A DNA stretch of 64,000 bases from Protoeuglena noctilucae (lineage: Eukaryota): NCBI GenBank assembly GCA_958009085.1, contig OY253670.1:1054001-1118000 (forward strand), read 5' to 3'. Under the pieces are notes generated by a model. The model was given only the letters and a program-made list of their open reading frames with translations, was not told where the DNA came from and did not search any database. A program made the translations under genes and the position numbers. Numbering within the stretch: position 1 is the first letter of the stretch; every line of letters begins with the position of its first letter. Of the stretch, positions 1-11,860 are shown in pieces.

Positions 1-3000
1 CCCGCTCACCCGTGTCCCGGAAACGCTGGCCCCTCTCGACGATGGCGGGCTCGTTGTCGAGGCCGACGTCCTCGAACGCGCTGAAGGCGTCCGCGCTCAG
101 CACCTCGGCCCACTTGTAGCTGAAGTACCCCGCCGCGTAGCCGCCGGCGAAGATGTGGCTGAAGGAGCATAGGAAGCGGTCGTCCGGGTGCGGCTGCATG
201 ACCGTGGTGCGCTGGGCCACCTTGCGCTCCCGGTCAAACACCGACTCCTCCCCGCCGGGCACAAACGTCGAGTGCAGGTCCAGGTCGATGCTCGCGAAGT
301 GCAGCTGCCGGAGCGACATGGACCCCGCGCGGAAGTTCTTCGCCGCGACGAGTTTCTGGTACATTTCCTCCGGGAGCGGCTCCCCCGTCTCGTAGTGGCA
401 GGCAAAGCTGAAGAGCGTGCGGCGCTCGTAGGCCCAGTTCTCCATGAACTGGCTCGGGAGCTCCACGGCGTCCTGCGGGCGTCGAAGGACAGTCGCGGTG
501 ATACAGGGAGCGCGCTAGGGCCCCGTATTCGCCCCCAACGTTTTGTTGGGGGCGGGTAAGGGTAGGGTAGGGTAGGTCAAACCGGGCCTCACCCACTCGA
601 CGCCCCGGATGCCCGCCACCAGGCCCTCCGTCTGGTTGGTGAGCATGTGCTGCAGCGCGTGGCCGAACTCGTGGAAGAGTGTCTCCACTTCACGCCACGT
701 CATGAGCGACGGCTTGTCGCCGATGGGCGGCGTCTGGTTGCAGACCATGTGCGCCACGGGGAGCCGCACGGACTCGCCATCCCGCGCAAACAGCCGGCTC
801 TGGCCGCACACCTCGTCCATCCAAGCACCGCCGCGCTTCTCCGCAGGCCGCGAGTAGGGGTCCAGGTAAAAGTAGGCCTTTGGCCGACCGTTCTGCATCG
901 CACGACTCGACGACCTCCTCTCAAAGCCTGCCAGCTTCGGGCCACTTGTCGTTGGTCACCCACCGACGCAAGTCATCGCGACCTGGCGCATCGACACGCC
1001 CTTGCCCTGCTGACTGACCTGCATCACCCGGAAGAAACGGACGTCCTGGTGCCACACGGGCACCTCCCCATCCGCCGCCTCCACCTCGATCCCGAACAGG
1101 CGCCCCGCCAAAGCAAACAGGCCCTCCAACACGGCGGGGAGGGCAAAGTACGGCCGGAGCTCCTCGTCGGTGATGGCGTACCTGCGTGGATTGCAGACTT
1201 ACTGCGGCGTTCGCGCAACCCCATACATCAGTGGGACGGGGGGTGCGCCACCGCCCTGCCGTGCTCTCGCTCACTTTTTCTCCCTCAGGCGCTCGGCCCA
1301 GTAACCCGTGTCCCAGTGCATGAGCTCGTAGTCCGCGCCGTTCTCCTTGGCGAAGGCCCGGACCTCCTCCAGGTCCCTCGCAGCCGCGTCATACGACGCC
1401 ACGCGGAGCTCCTCGATCAGCTCGAGCGCCCGGGGAAGCGTGGCCATCTTGGAGGCGCAGGAAACCTCGGCGAAGTTGGCATACCCGATGAGCTTGGCCT
1501 TCTCCGCCCGGAGGATGAGGATCTGCGCAGACGTACCAGGACATCCCGTGCTATCAACACTCGTCCTTTCACCACGACCACAGCTGCTGGACTGGCTCAC
1601 GGGTCGCTGCTGGGACTGCAACGTCGCCGTCGTGTCACTCGCCCGCACCGCACCTTGTTGATGATGGGCGTGTTGTCCACGTCGCCGGACGACGCCCGCT
1701 TGATGTTCGCGAGGTACAGCTCCTCGCGCAGGGCGCGGCTCTTGGCGTGCTGAAGCACGGGCATCAGCGAGGGGATGTCCAGCGTGAACATCCACGGGCC
1801 GGCCTCCGGGGTCGAGTCGGGGTGGCCTTCCCTCTTGGCTGTCTGCGAGCGCCTGGGCCAGGGCCGGCTCAGCACCGCGCCAGGCCTGCAACACGCACCG
1901 CAGCGTCCGCTTGGATGCAGCACCCGCTGCGACCCCCGCCATGCGCAGGAGTCCTCGCCTGCGACGCCAGCGACAGGGCCGATGCAGGGAGGCCCTCGAC
2001 GTCGGCCTTGTCCGTGACGAGCTTCTTGAAAGCCTTGGTGGCATCCAGGACGTTGTTGCTGAACTTGGTGGACAGCTGGCTGAGCTCCTTCTGGATCTCG
2101 TTGAAGCGCTCCTTCTCCTCGCCCTCGAGTGCCACACCGCCGAGCTTGAAGTCGCGGATCTCGCCCTCCACGATCCGCCGCTGCGCCTCGCTCAGCGACG
2201 CCCACTGCGGGCCCTCGCGGAGGCCCCGGAAGGCCTCGTAGAGCAGCTTGGACTGCGACAGGCGCAGGGACAGCTCGACGCGCTCGGGCTGCACCTCCTC
2301 CACCGCCTCACGGAACTCCTTGGTGTCCTTGACCGCCTTGAGGTGAGACACGGTGCCCCACGCTCGCGAGATGCGGTCCACCACGCGCTCCAGGGGCACC
2401 GCCAGCGACTCCCACGTCGCGTCCTTGCCGCCTGCAGACGCGGGAGAGGGCTAGGTGCATGGGGAGAGACGGAAAGACGTGCATACCCGCAATGGCTCAC
2501 ACCCCCATGCACCGCAGCAGTGGGGCCGCGAGCGAGCCCGAGCAGGCAGCAATCACAGCAGTTCCCCCAGTCCCCACGGACCTGCATTCTTCTCAATCTC
2601 ATCGATCTCGGCGAGAAGCTCCTTCAGCAGCGCGCGGATCCCCGGGACCACGTGTTTCGCCTCCACGGACGAGAAGGCGGGGAAAGGGCCGTCCGTGAGC
2701 AATGGATTGAATGCCACGTTGGCCTCCACAACCCCGGACGCGGCCATCGCGGCGACGCAGCGCCTCCCTGTACGCTCTGCAAAAACCGCACCAATATCCC
2801 GTCGGAGACGAGCGCTGTGCGCGGACGAGCCACGCGACAGATTCTCAAGGTCATGTCAGCCGCATCGAGGAGCCCGGATAGCGCTTGCGAGGCGGGCGCG
2901 GCGCCAGGGCCGCCCGCGACACGTGAACCACAAGCCCTATCGCCCCCACCGTCACCCGCAACCGCCGGGCACTGGAGCCTGGCGGACAGAACCGCACGGG

Positions 3001-3124
3001 TGGCAGCTGAGGTGGTCGCAGGCCTCGGTCGGCAGCGGCCCAGGGCCGGGCAAAGCCTGGAGGGCAGAGCCGCGCTCAGCACGTGCATACTCTGCAATCG
3101 AAGGCGTGACACTTGTCGAAGCAT
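1..3124 (-). CDS. Oligopeptidase A (peptidase M3A), organellar, multi-exon; 3' end runs off the window
   Basis: Spliced exons give NPLL...[37 protein letters not shown], the zinc motif [25 protein letters not shown] and [20 protein letters not shown]. The Ser/Arg/Ala-rich N-terminus from 3124 looks like a transit peptide; the start and first donor are uncertain. Confidence 0.93.
554..576 (+). repeat. Short GGGTA tandem repeat in an oligopeptidase A intron
   Basis: gggtaagggtagggtagggtagg read directly. Confidence 0.8.
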
Positions 3125-3320
3125 GATCGCAGTCTCCGCGACGACCGGGCTGGCCGCGAGCCGATGTAACCAGGACGCGCAGGACTGGCGGGGGCCCTGC
3201 CAGGCTCAAGGGACCCTGCTCAGCTCGCCGGAACCGCTCCCCTGCTCAAACGTGACGTGCAGGATCTGGATATTTTCAGATCGGCCTCGCTGTGCTGGGC
3301 ATTCCCACCCAGGGCCCATC

Positions 3321-5930
3321 ATGGTCGGGGAGGGGGGACAGCACGAGGAGAAGAGCCGCAAGTGGGTCTTGTTGGATTCCGAATGAATCTTGCATGACCA
3401 TGGTGGAGCACGTACAGTTGGGGAGCCCAGTTGTGGCTCAATTAGCCGTCGCGGGCATGAGCGCACCCCCCCTCGCCTCGGGGCCTCGCCACGCCACTAC
3501 GCCGCAGACCGCGCCTGTGCGCCTATCTTGACTCGCAGGTACGATCGGCAGATACGCATCTGGGGTCAGCACGGTCAAAATCTCTTGGAGGCCGCGAAGG
3601 TCTGCCTGCTCAATGCGTCGGCAACGGGGGCAGGTGCGCAGCCGCGCGCGCATCGGCGCCACCGCCAGCGCCCGGTCGACCGCACAGTGCTGTTCTTTCC
3701 ATCGCATCTCAGATTCCCCGCGTTCCTCTGCCCTCCTCCCCAGAGGCCCTGAAGAACCTGGTCCTGGCGGGCATTTCCGGCTTCACCATCGTGGACAATG
3801 CCCGAGTTTGCGAGCGGGACCTGGGCAACAACTTTTTGCTGCAGGTGCGCAGCGCACGCAGGATCGCCCGCGCCTCGCGGGGCAGGCCGCGCGGTGCACG
3901 AGCTCGTGTGTCGCACCCGCCCCCTCTGCAGGCATCCCAGCTCGGCCAGCCCCGGTGCAGCGCCGTGGCGGAGTGTCTGCACGAGCTGAACGACGCCGTG
4001 CGGGGCTCGTCTGTCGAGGAGGACCCCGTGGCGATCATATCCGACAAGAAGTGCGATTTCTTCCGCCACTTCACGCTGGTCATCGCCACGCAGCTGCCCG
4101 AGAGCACGCAGGTGGAGCTCGACGGCATGTGCAGGGAGCTCGGCGTGACGGTGGTGTTCGCCCGGACGTACGGTCTGCTGGGCTCCGTGCGGGTGTCGCT
4201 GCCGGAGGCCGTGGCGCTCGAGACCCACCCTGACTCGACCGTGCCCGACATCCGCGTGCACGACCCGTGGCCCGAGCTCCTGCGGCTGGCGTCCGAGGTG
4301 GACTTGGAGGCACTCGACGACATGCACCACGCGCACGTCCCATGGGCGCTCCTGCTCGTGCAGTGCGGTGCGTCTGCCATCAGCTCTCCGCCTCAGTCGC
4401 GCTGCCCCTCGCCCTCATCGCGGGCGCCATGTCGCCCGCGCTGTCACCACCATGAGCACCTTGCTTTCAACATGCAGTCGCGCGATGGAAGGGCGAGCAC
4501 GGCGGCGGACTGCCTTCAACCAGGAAAGAGCAGGAGGACTTCCGGGCGATGGTCAAGGCCTTGGAACGGCGCGATGAAGTGAGTTGCAAAGAATGCAGCT
4601 ATGCCGGGGAGGCCCTTGGGGGCACCCGCATCTGGGCTAGGGTGCGACGGACGCAAGCACAGTGCGGCACGACCTGGGCATCACACCCCTGGCTGGCGTT
4701 CCCGAGGGACCAGGTCTCAGCGGCGTGCCTGCAGGCGGGCCCCCTGAACGAAGTGAACGTCAAGGAGGCGGCGACACACGCGAAGCTCGTCTGGGCACCC
4801 CCGAGGGTCCGGGCCGAGGTCATTGACATTTTGAACGACCGCAAGGCGCAGCAGCTGGACGCCTCGACGCCCGACTTTTGGATCCTCGTGGCCGCCCTGC
4901 GCCGCTTCGTGTCTCGGGGGCGGGAGGCGCCCTCCGGGGTCATCAGCGCGGACTCTGCCGGTGACGCGCGGCCTGCTCAGCTGCCCACTTCGCCGGTCTC
5001 ATGTCGTAGGTATCTCTGTGATCGCTCACGCGGTCCCCACGCAGAGCTCTAGTTGCCCTGAGGCGCACGGGTGAAACGGCGCCCGTCCCTTCTTGATCCC
5101 ATCGCAGAGTTCCTGCCGCTCGATGGCGCCATTCCGGACATGACCTCGACCACGACGTCGTACTTGGCCCTGCAACAGTGTTACCGGCAGAAGGCGGACG
5201 AGGACGCCCGGGAGATGGTCCGGCTGACGGGTGAGGCGCTCGGTGACTCCGTCTCACGGGACGGTGCGCTGTGGGGATGCTGCGCGTCGCGATCGCTCCG
5301 TCCGCTCCCCTTGCAGACGAGGTCCGTCAGGAGGTGGGCCGGGATGCGGGGTCCATCCCAGCTGCGGACGTGCGCCACTTCTGCAAGCACTGCCGCGACA
5401 TGCGCGTCGTGAGGCTGCTGCCGCTCAGCCAGGAGTACTCGCGCAAGGGCCTCGCTTCGCTGAAGCAGCTGCTCATGGCAGAGGTGATGCTGCGGCGGCG
5501 TGCCGGCGATGGGAGGGGCCGCATTATCGCCGCCGGTCGCGACGCTCACCGTCGTGACCTGCAGGGGGCCTCTGCGGACGCCTGCGCGTACCTGGCCTTG
5601 CGCGCGTGCGACGCGGTGCTGGCCAGCACGGGGCGCTACCCCGGGACGGGCCCAGACCCCGACATGGAGCTCGACAAGGCCACGTGCGTGGGCAAGTTCA
5701 ACGCCATGGCCGCGGAGATCGGGGTCGGCTCGCCTCCCTCGGCGGAGGACATCGTGGGGGAGGTCGTGCGTTTTGGTGCGTCTGAGCCGCACCCGATGGC
5801 GGCCATCATCGGCGGCATCGCGGCGCAGGAGGTGCTTAAGGTCACGACGCAGCAGTTCGTCGTCGCGGGCGGGACCCTGCTCTACAACGGCATAATGTGC
5901 ACCACGACAGTCTTAACGGCTGGACACTAG
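3321..5930 (+). CDS. NAE1: NEDD8-activating enzyme E1 regulatory subunit (APPBP1/AXR1), multi-exon
   Basis: ATG 3321 [14 protein letters not shown] joins [13 protein letters not shown]; also [52 protein letters not shown] and [26 protein letters not shown]; stop at 5930. Introns traced are GT-AG. Confidence 0.93.
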
Positions 5931-6283
5931 CGCGACGTTTTGGCGTTGCGAAGATCGGTCTGGCAGTGCAATGTCAGGCCATTGGCGCAGCTCTCGGACA
6001 CATGAACGGCAGTTTTTTCGCTCCCGCGTCATGACCCACTAGCGGCGCGTCGTTCTCGGCGAACGGGCACACCTGTCCTTGAAGCCCAGCCCAGCCGTGG
6101 TGGCCTCGCATAGCGTTGAGGCATTAGGAGCCGGCAATCCCGTCAGTTGACTCACTAGCGTCGTCGCCTTGCGACTCTGCGGATCTGCGCCCGACAGGGC
6201 TGGCGTGAGGACTCCGCTGCTGCAGCAAGGCGCAAGGGCAGCCAGGGAGCGGGTGGAGCCCGTACTGCGTTGGCGGAACGGAG

Positions 6284-8870
6284 ATGTGGGGCAAATGGAC
6301 CTGGTGGTTGGCTCTGTTGGGGACGTTGGGGCTCGCGTCGCTCGGGAGCGCCTACGAGACGTACGAACCGGGCGAACTGGTCCCCGTGTACGCGAACAAG
6401 GTGATGAGCGATGCAACAGCCGTGCTCGTGGCAGCGCTTGCAACGTGACATGCTCGGCGATGCGCCCCGGTGATTGACGCGCGGTCTTGGTCGTCGCGCG
6501 CAGGTCGGCCCATTTCACAACCCGAGCGAGGCGTACAGCTACTACACTCTGCCGTTCTGTAAAGGACACGATGTGCAGGATGAGGTGCTGAACGAGCACA
6601 AGAAGAGCACGACCCTCGGGATCGGTGAGGCCGCGTGGGGTGTGCACGAGCCAGCCCGTGTGTGAGGCCCCGCGCGCCATTCACGCCATCATGACTTCGC
6701 TGCGTCGTTTCCTATCATTTCTGTGCACTCGGCGCGCAGCCTTCGACGGCGGGCGGCGGGAGCTGACGGGGTTTCGCATCCCGTTCAAGAACGACGTGGG
6801 TGCGAGGGACCTCTGCACGGTCAAGCCGACCGAGGAGGACGTCCGGCGGTTGAGGGACGCGGTGCTGAACGACTGGTACTTCAAGCTGGAGGTGGACGGC
6901 CTCCCCGTGATCGGCAACGTCGGGAAGGTCACGGGGGACGACGAGGACGTTGGCATGCTCCCAGCCCTGTCAGCCACGCGACCCCCGACGGATCTCCTCC
7001 TGTACACGCACCTGCACTTCGAGATGTACTACAACGGCAGCCACGTGGTCGAGGTCGAGGTCACCTCTGACCCGGACCTCGCCGTCAAGATCCCGCCGGC
7101 CGGGGTCGACAACATGGCCCCCATCACCTTCATGTGAGTGGCTCGGGCGCCTGCGCAACGAGCACGCATCCGCGCTACCTCAGAGGTGCCGAGCAATGCA
7201 GTTGCTATCATGTTGGGCGAACCACCCATGTTACCCATCACTCACATAAAGGTCATGCAGGTACTCTGTGACGTGGTACGAGTCGGAGGTTGACGTGGCG
7301 GACCGTCTGACCAAGTACTCGATCCACTCGCACGCCCAGCATCACCTGGAGATCCACTGGTTCAGCATCATCAACAGCTGCATGATCGTGCTCCTCCTCA
7401 CGGCCTTCCTCGCCACCCTCCTCCTCCACATCCTGAGGTGCCCTGCCGGCCGCGTCACAGGGGTCTGCCTGCGCAACGAGCACGCACCCAGGAGTGCTGC
7501 TCCTTGATAACGAGATGCTCTGGCGACTCCACGTGAGATGCGCTGTGTGGCTTCCATGCAGGCGAGACCTGACTCGGTTCCAGGCGGATGTGATGGAGCA
7601 CGGGGCGGTGGATGAGGGCGACGGCGGATGGAAGCACATAGCCGGGGACGTGTTCAGGCGAGGGCGAGCGCGGCGCGGTGCATTCCGATCCCGATCGGGG
7701 TCCCTCCAGCGGCGCCGAGGCAGCAAAGTCAGCTCCACTTGCAGGTTCCCTGAGCACCGCACGCTCTTCACGTCCTTCATCGGCACGGGCTACCAGCTCC
7801 TGACCCTCTGCTTCTGCTCCATCTGCCTCGGGGCCTTTGGCAGCATCCACCCCACCAACCGCAGCGCCATGATGTCCGCCGTGGTCCTCCTGGTGAGTTC
7901 ACTGCAATGGGTGGCCCCGTCGTAGGTGACTGCATGGCTGTTGGTCAAGTGTTCTCATCTGTGTCCTTTGCCGCCCCACCGCAGTACGCCCTCACGGCCG
8001 GCATCGCGGCGTACCAGAGTTCGGCGTACTACCGCCAGCTCGAGGGCGAGAAGTGGGCGCGGAGCATCCTGTGCACGTGCGTCGTGTTCTTCGGCCCCGT
8101 GTTCATCGTCTTCGCCGTCAACAACACCATCTGCCTGGCGTACGGCTCCATCGCCGCCCTGCCCGCCTGGGCCATCGCCGTGCTGGTCGTGCTGTGGGCG
8201 CTCGTCACGCTGCCGCTCCAGCTCATCGGCGGGTTCGCGGGGAAGAACAACCACTCCGAGTTCTACGCGCCCGTGCGGACCAACAAGTACAGGAGGGACA
8301 TCCCCGCCCTGCAGCCGTGGCACCGGCGGGCAGGTGCGGGCACGCGCAGCGCACAGCGCGCGCTGCGGTCGCTGGGTTTCCGCTTGAGGTTGCCGCCGCG
8401 CTCGCAACCCGCAGCGTCCCGCGCTCTCCTGCGCCGCAGTGCCCCAGATACTCATGGGCGGCTTCCTGCCTTTCGCGAGCATCTACATCGAGCTGCACTA
8501 CATTTTCGCTTCGATCTGGACCCACAAGGTCTACACCATCTACTCCATCCTCCTCGTCGTCTTCCTCATCCTCCTCGTCGTCACGGCGTTCGTCACCGTG
8601 TCCATGACCTACTTCCAGCTGAACGGGGAGGACTACCGGTGGTGGTGGAGGAGCTTCTTCGTCGGCGGATCCCTGGGGTTCTACTTGTTCGGGTACTCGG
8701 TCGTTTGGTTCCTCCAGCGCGGACACATGTCAGGGCTGCTGCAGACATCGGTCTACTTCGGGTACAACGCGCTGGCCAGCTACGCCTGCTTCCTTGCGAT
8801 GGGGACGGTGGGCTTCCGCGCATCTCTGACGTTCGTCCGTGCCATCTACCGCGCCATCAAGCTAGATTAG
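6284..8870 (+). CDS. Transmembrane 9 superfamily protein (nonaspanin/EMP70)
   Basis: Signal peptide MWGKWTWWLALLGTLGLASLGSA, then VYANK|VGPFHNPSEAYSYYTLPFC, LEIHWFSIINS, GWKHIAGDVFRFP, GGFLPFASIYIELHYIF, EDYRWWWRSF and C-terminal IYRAIKLD (KxD/E motif). Confidence 0.95.
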
Positions 8871-9227
8871 ATCTCCTGATGAAACTTTTCTTGGCACGAC
8901 GACGACACCACTGGCACACCTATCCCATCAATGCTCGCGCCGCGCGAGTAAGACCTCGGTCATCTTTTGCCACTGAGAGCGTGAAGTAGCGCCTGGACGC
9001 GTGACGTGCGCGAAGGTTGATGCGTGTCCCCGGCAAGGCTGCGAAGTGACTTGTCATCGTTCGTCGGAAGTCCTCGCGCCGCTCTCGCCGTTTTCGCCGC
9101 TCCCCGTTGTTTCTGTTGTAGAAAATAGGACGTTTGCTGGGAGGGGAGCCTCACCCGGGCATGCAGCGCCCCGGCGCGGGCAGGGGGGGAAGCCGGGAAG
9201 GCACGAGAGCTGCTATAGCGTGTGACG

Positions 9228-11414
9228 ATGGTGAGTTTTTTATACAAAATAATGTCGACGGACCACGGGAGGCTGCACCGGGGCCGTGATACAGCTGTAG
9301 ACGCCAGCATATGTTCGTTGCACCTCGCCTCGGCGGACGGCCTTATAACAATGTCGTTCGAGCGGAGCTTTCGACTGCAATTCCAATGGCGCTGCCTCGC
9401 ATCGCTCGCAGGCTCTCCCCTCGCCTGCATGTGCCGAGGGCGAGCGCGTGTGATGTCCTCGCATGAAAGCGTCGGCGAGGCGCCTTGCACATCATCCGAT
9501 GGTGTCGGCACCTTCTGTTCCCTTTGCGGGGGTGAGCGACGGCGGAAACCGCGGAGCCGGCGCGCCGGCGGCGGCCTGCAGACACCCCTCAGGTCCGCTC
9601 TCCTTGCGCCCTTTATCGCAGGAGCACGCACCTTGTCTGCGTGCGGAGACAGCGGCAATGATATCATGACGGCGCTCATCGACGCCAAGATGGCGAGCGC
9701 ACCGAGCCACCGCTACACGGCGCCCGCCGAGGCCTCGAGCATCAGCTCCAGCGCCCGCACGCTCTTCCTCAGCTCCCACGCGACATCTGGGCTCCCCGTG
9801 TCTGTGTCGGACCGGAGCTCGAGTCCGTGGGGTCCGGAAGGCGTCCCGTCTCCAGCAGGCAAGCGATTGACACCCCTCTCGCAGTCGCAGAGTCCCTGAG
9901 AGCCCCTGAGCAACGGTCACCACAGCCCCCTCTGTGTGTCACCCCCGCAGAGCGGAGCATGCAGACGAGCACGCAGCGGACCGACACCTCGGCGGAGGAT
10001 GCGAGTCGCCACAGTGCCATCCGCACTGCGTCGGGGCGCTTCCCCGCGTCCCTCCACCCGGCGTCTCTTCGGTGACCTTGCGCAGCGGCAGGGGGGGGCA
10101 GGGAGCGACGCGCCGCGCACCGCCGCCATCCAAACTCCCTCGATCAGCGACACTGACCGCGCACGCCTCCACCACCCTTTGCAGGAGCCTTGCGCGCACC
10201 TCAGCCCCCGCGTCGTCGCGCCTGTCCGGCCACAAATCGGCCGACGTCTGGAGCCCCTCCAGCCCTCCGCCGCTCAAGCCCCACAGCGACATGCGTGTGT
10301 CCGCGCCCGCCTCGGGCGACACCCACCCACCCCTGTCATCGAAGCACGTCGCCTGCTCCCCGCCCGAGCCCCTCCCAATCTCGGACGACCGGCTCCCGAC
10401 CCTCTCCTACTCGCACCCAAACTCCCAGCCCCAGGGCTCGTCCCCGCCACTCCCCCAGGCCGGGTCTGTCCGGCACTGGGAGGTGGCCTTGTCAAAGAGC
10501 GCGTCCCTCGACAGCGACGACGACCATGGCATCCTCCCTGGCTCCCCGAGGAGGATCCACGTCTCGGCATCGCCGGGCCCGACACCCAGGGCAACGCCCC
10601 ACCACCTCCCGTGGCCGGGAGCCTCCCCCCGGGTTGCGCCGGCGCCGATGCCGGCATCCACACACGCGCCGGCCCCCGCGGTCAGGGAGCTGTTCGTCAG
10701 CCCGGGGCGCAGCAACGTGTCGAGGCCGCAGTCTCCGCCGCGGGTGCTCCCTTCGCTGTTTTCCAAGCCGCCCCACACCCACGCGCACAGCTGGGGTGCA
10801 ACGACCCACTCAGGCGATGGGGCGCGCAGCACCTCCCCGGCGCATTCGCGGGACTCCGAGGCTCGAGGGTCGCCCCACGTCGGACACGCGGGCCTCGGGA
10901 GCAGCCCTTTCCCACTCTTACCGGGTGCGAGCGTGACGAGCGTCCCCATCCGCATGGGCCCACCAACCACGGCCGTCTCTCCCGCCGTCTCGCCCGCGAC
11001 CTCTCCCCCGACGCTGCGCTCCCCGCGCGTCGCTGCCCCACCCGCCCCCGCCTCCTCCCCGAGCCCCGTTTCTGGCAAAACTCTGGCACAGGCCCCTCTC
11101 AGCCCCATCAAGATCAGCCGGGTAGCCTCCATGCCCCGAATCCCGGAGGACACGGAGCTTCGCGAGGGTGGCCTCCACCCGGTGAGCAGCGCACGCTGGG
11201 CTGTGCTTGGGCAGCCGTGAGAGGCATGCGTGCAGACCACGACTGCGGTCACCCCTTGGTGGGCCTGGGGCTGACGCGGGCCTCCTCGTCGCCCCCGCAG
11301 CTGCCGTTGCGCAGGTGCGGGAGCTCTCGGGTCTCCGACTGTGGCTCACAGTCCTTTCCCTTCTGGGGGGCCGACAGCGATGACGATGATGGGCTATTCG
11401 AGACTGGCCGATGA
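9228..11414 (+). CDS. Uncharacterised Ser/Pro-rich, probably disordered protein (multi-exon; 5' end uncertain)
   Basis: ORF segments 9222-9899, 9827-10075 and 9934-11220 and a last exon ending FWGADSDDDDGLFETGR* can be joined in frame through plausible donors and acceptors (e.g. 9859-9950). No recognisable domain. Confidence 0.5.
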
Positions 11415-11860
11415 CGCGCGTCTGGCCCTGGCCACTTGCAGTGGGCTTTTTGGTTTGGTTGGAACGTCCCTTCTTACTGAGACTATCGCAATATCACGGG
11501 TAGCGCTCTTGTAGCACCTCATTTCCCCCGGGCCGACCGTGCCTCCCGGTGCAACAGAGGCACGTCTCCTTTTCCCTTGCTCCACGACACGACGACTCGT
11601 CACTTGCGCGTTTTTGGTCGTGGAATCGTAGTTCGGACCCGCAGTTCCTGTTCCCGCGTCGCACCGAAGGACCACAATACCAGGCTCGCTCGTTGGCAGG
11701 CGCGCGCGCGACGAGGGGCACCATACCCTCTAGCACTCGCACTCCATCCGCCCGCAACCACTTTTCTGTTACTACCTAGCTGATATCTGTTGAAGTCGCT
11801 TCTGTTCACTGCACCCACCCCATGAGACATAAGAGAGTGGTTTGGCAGCGATCTCTCCGG

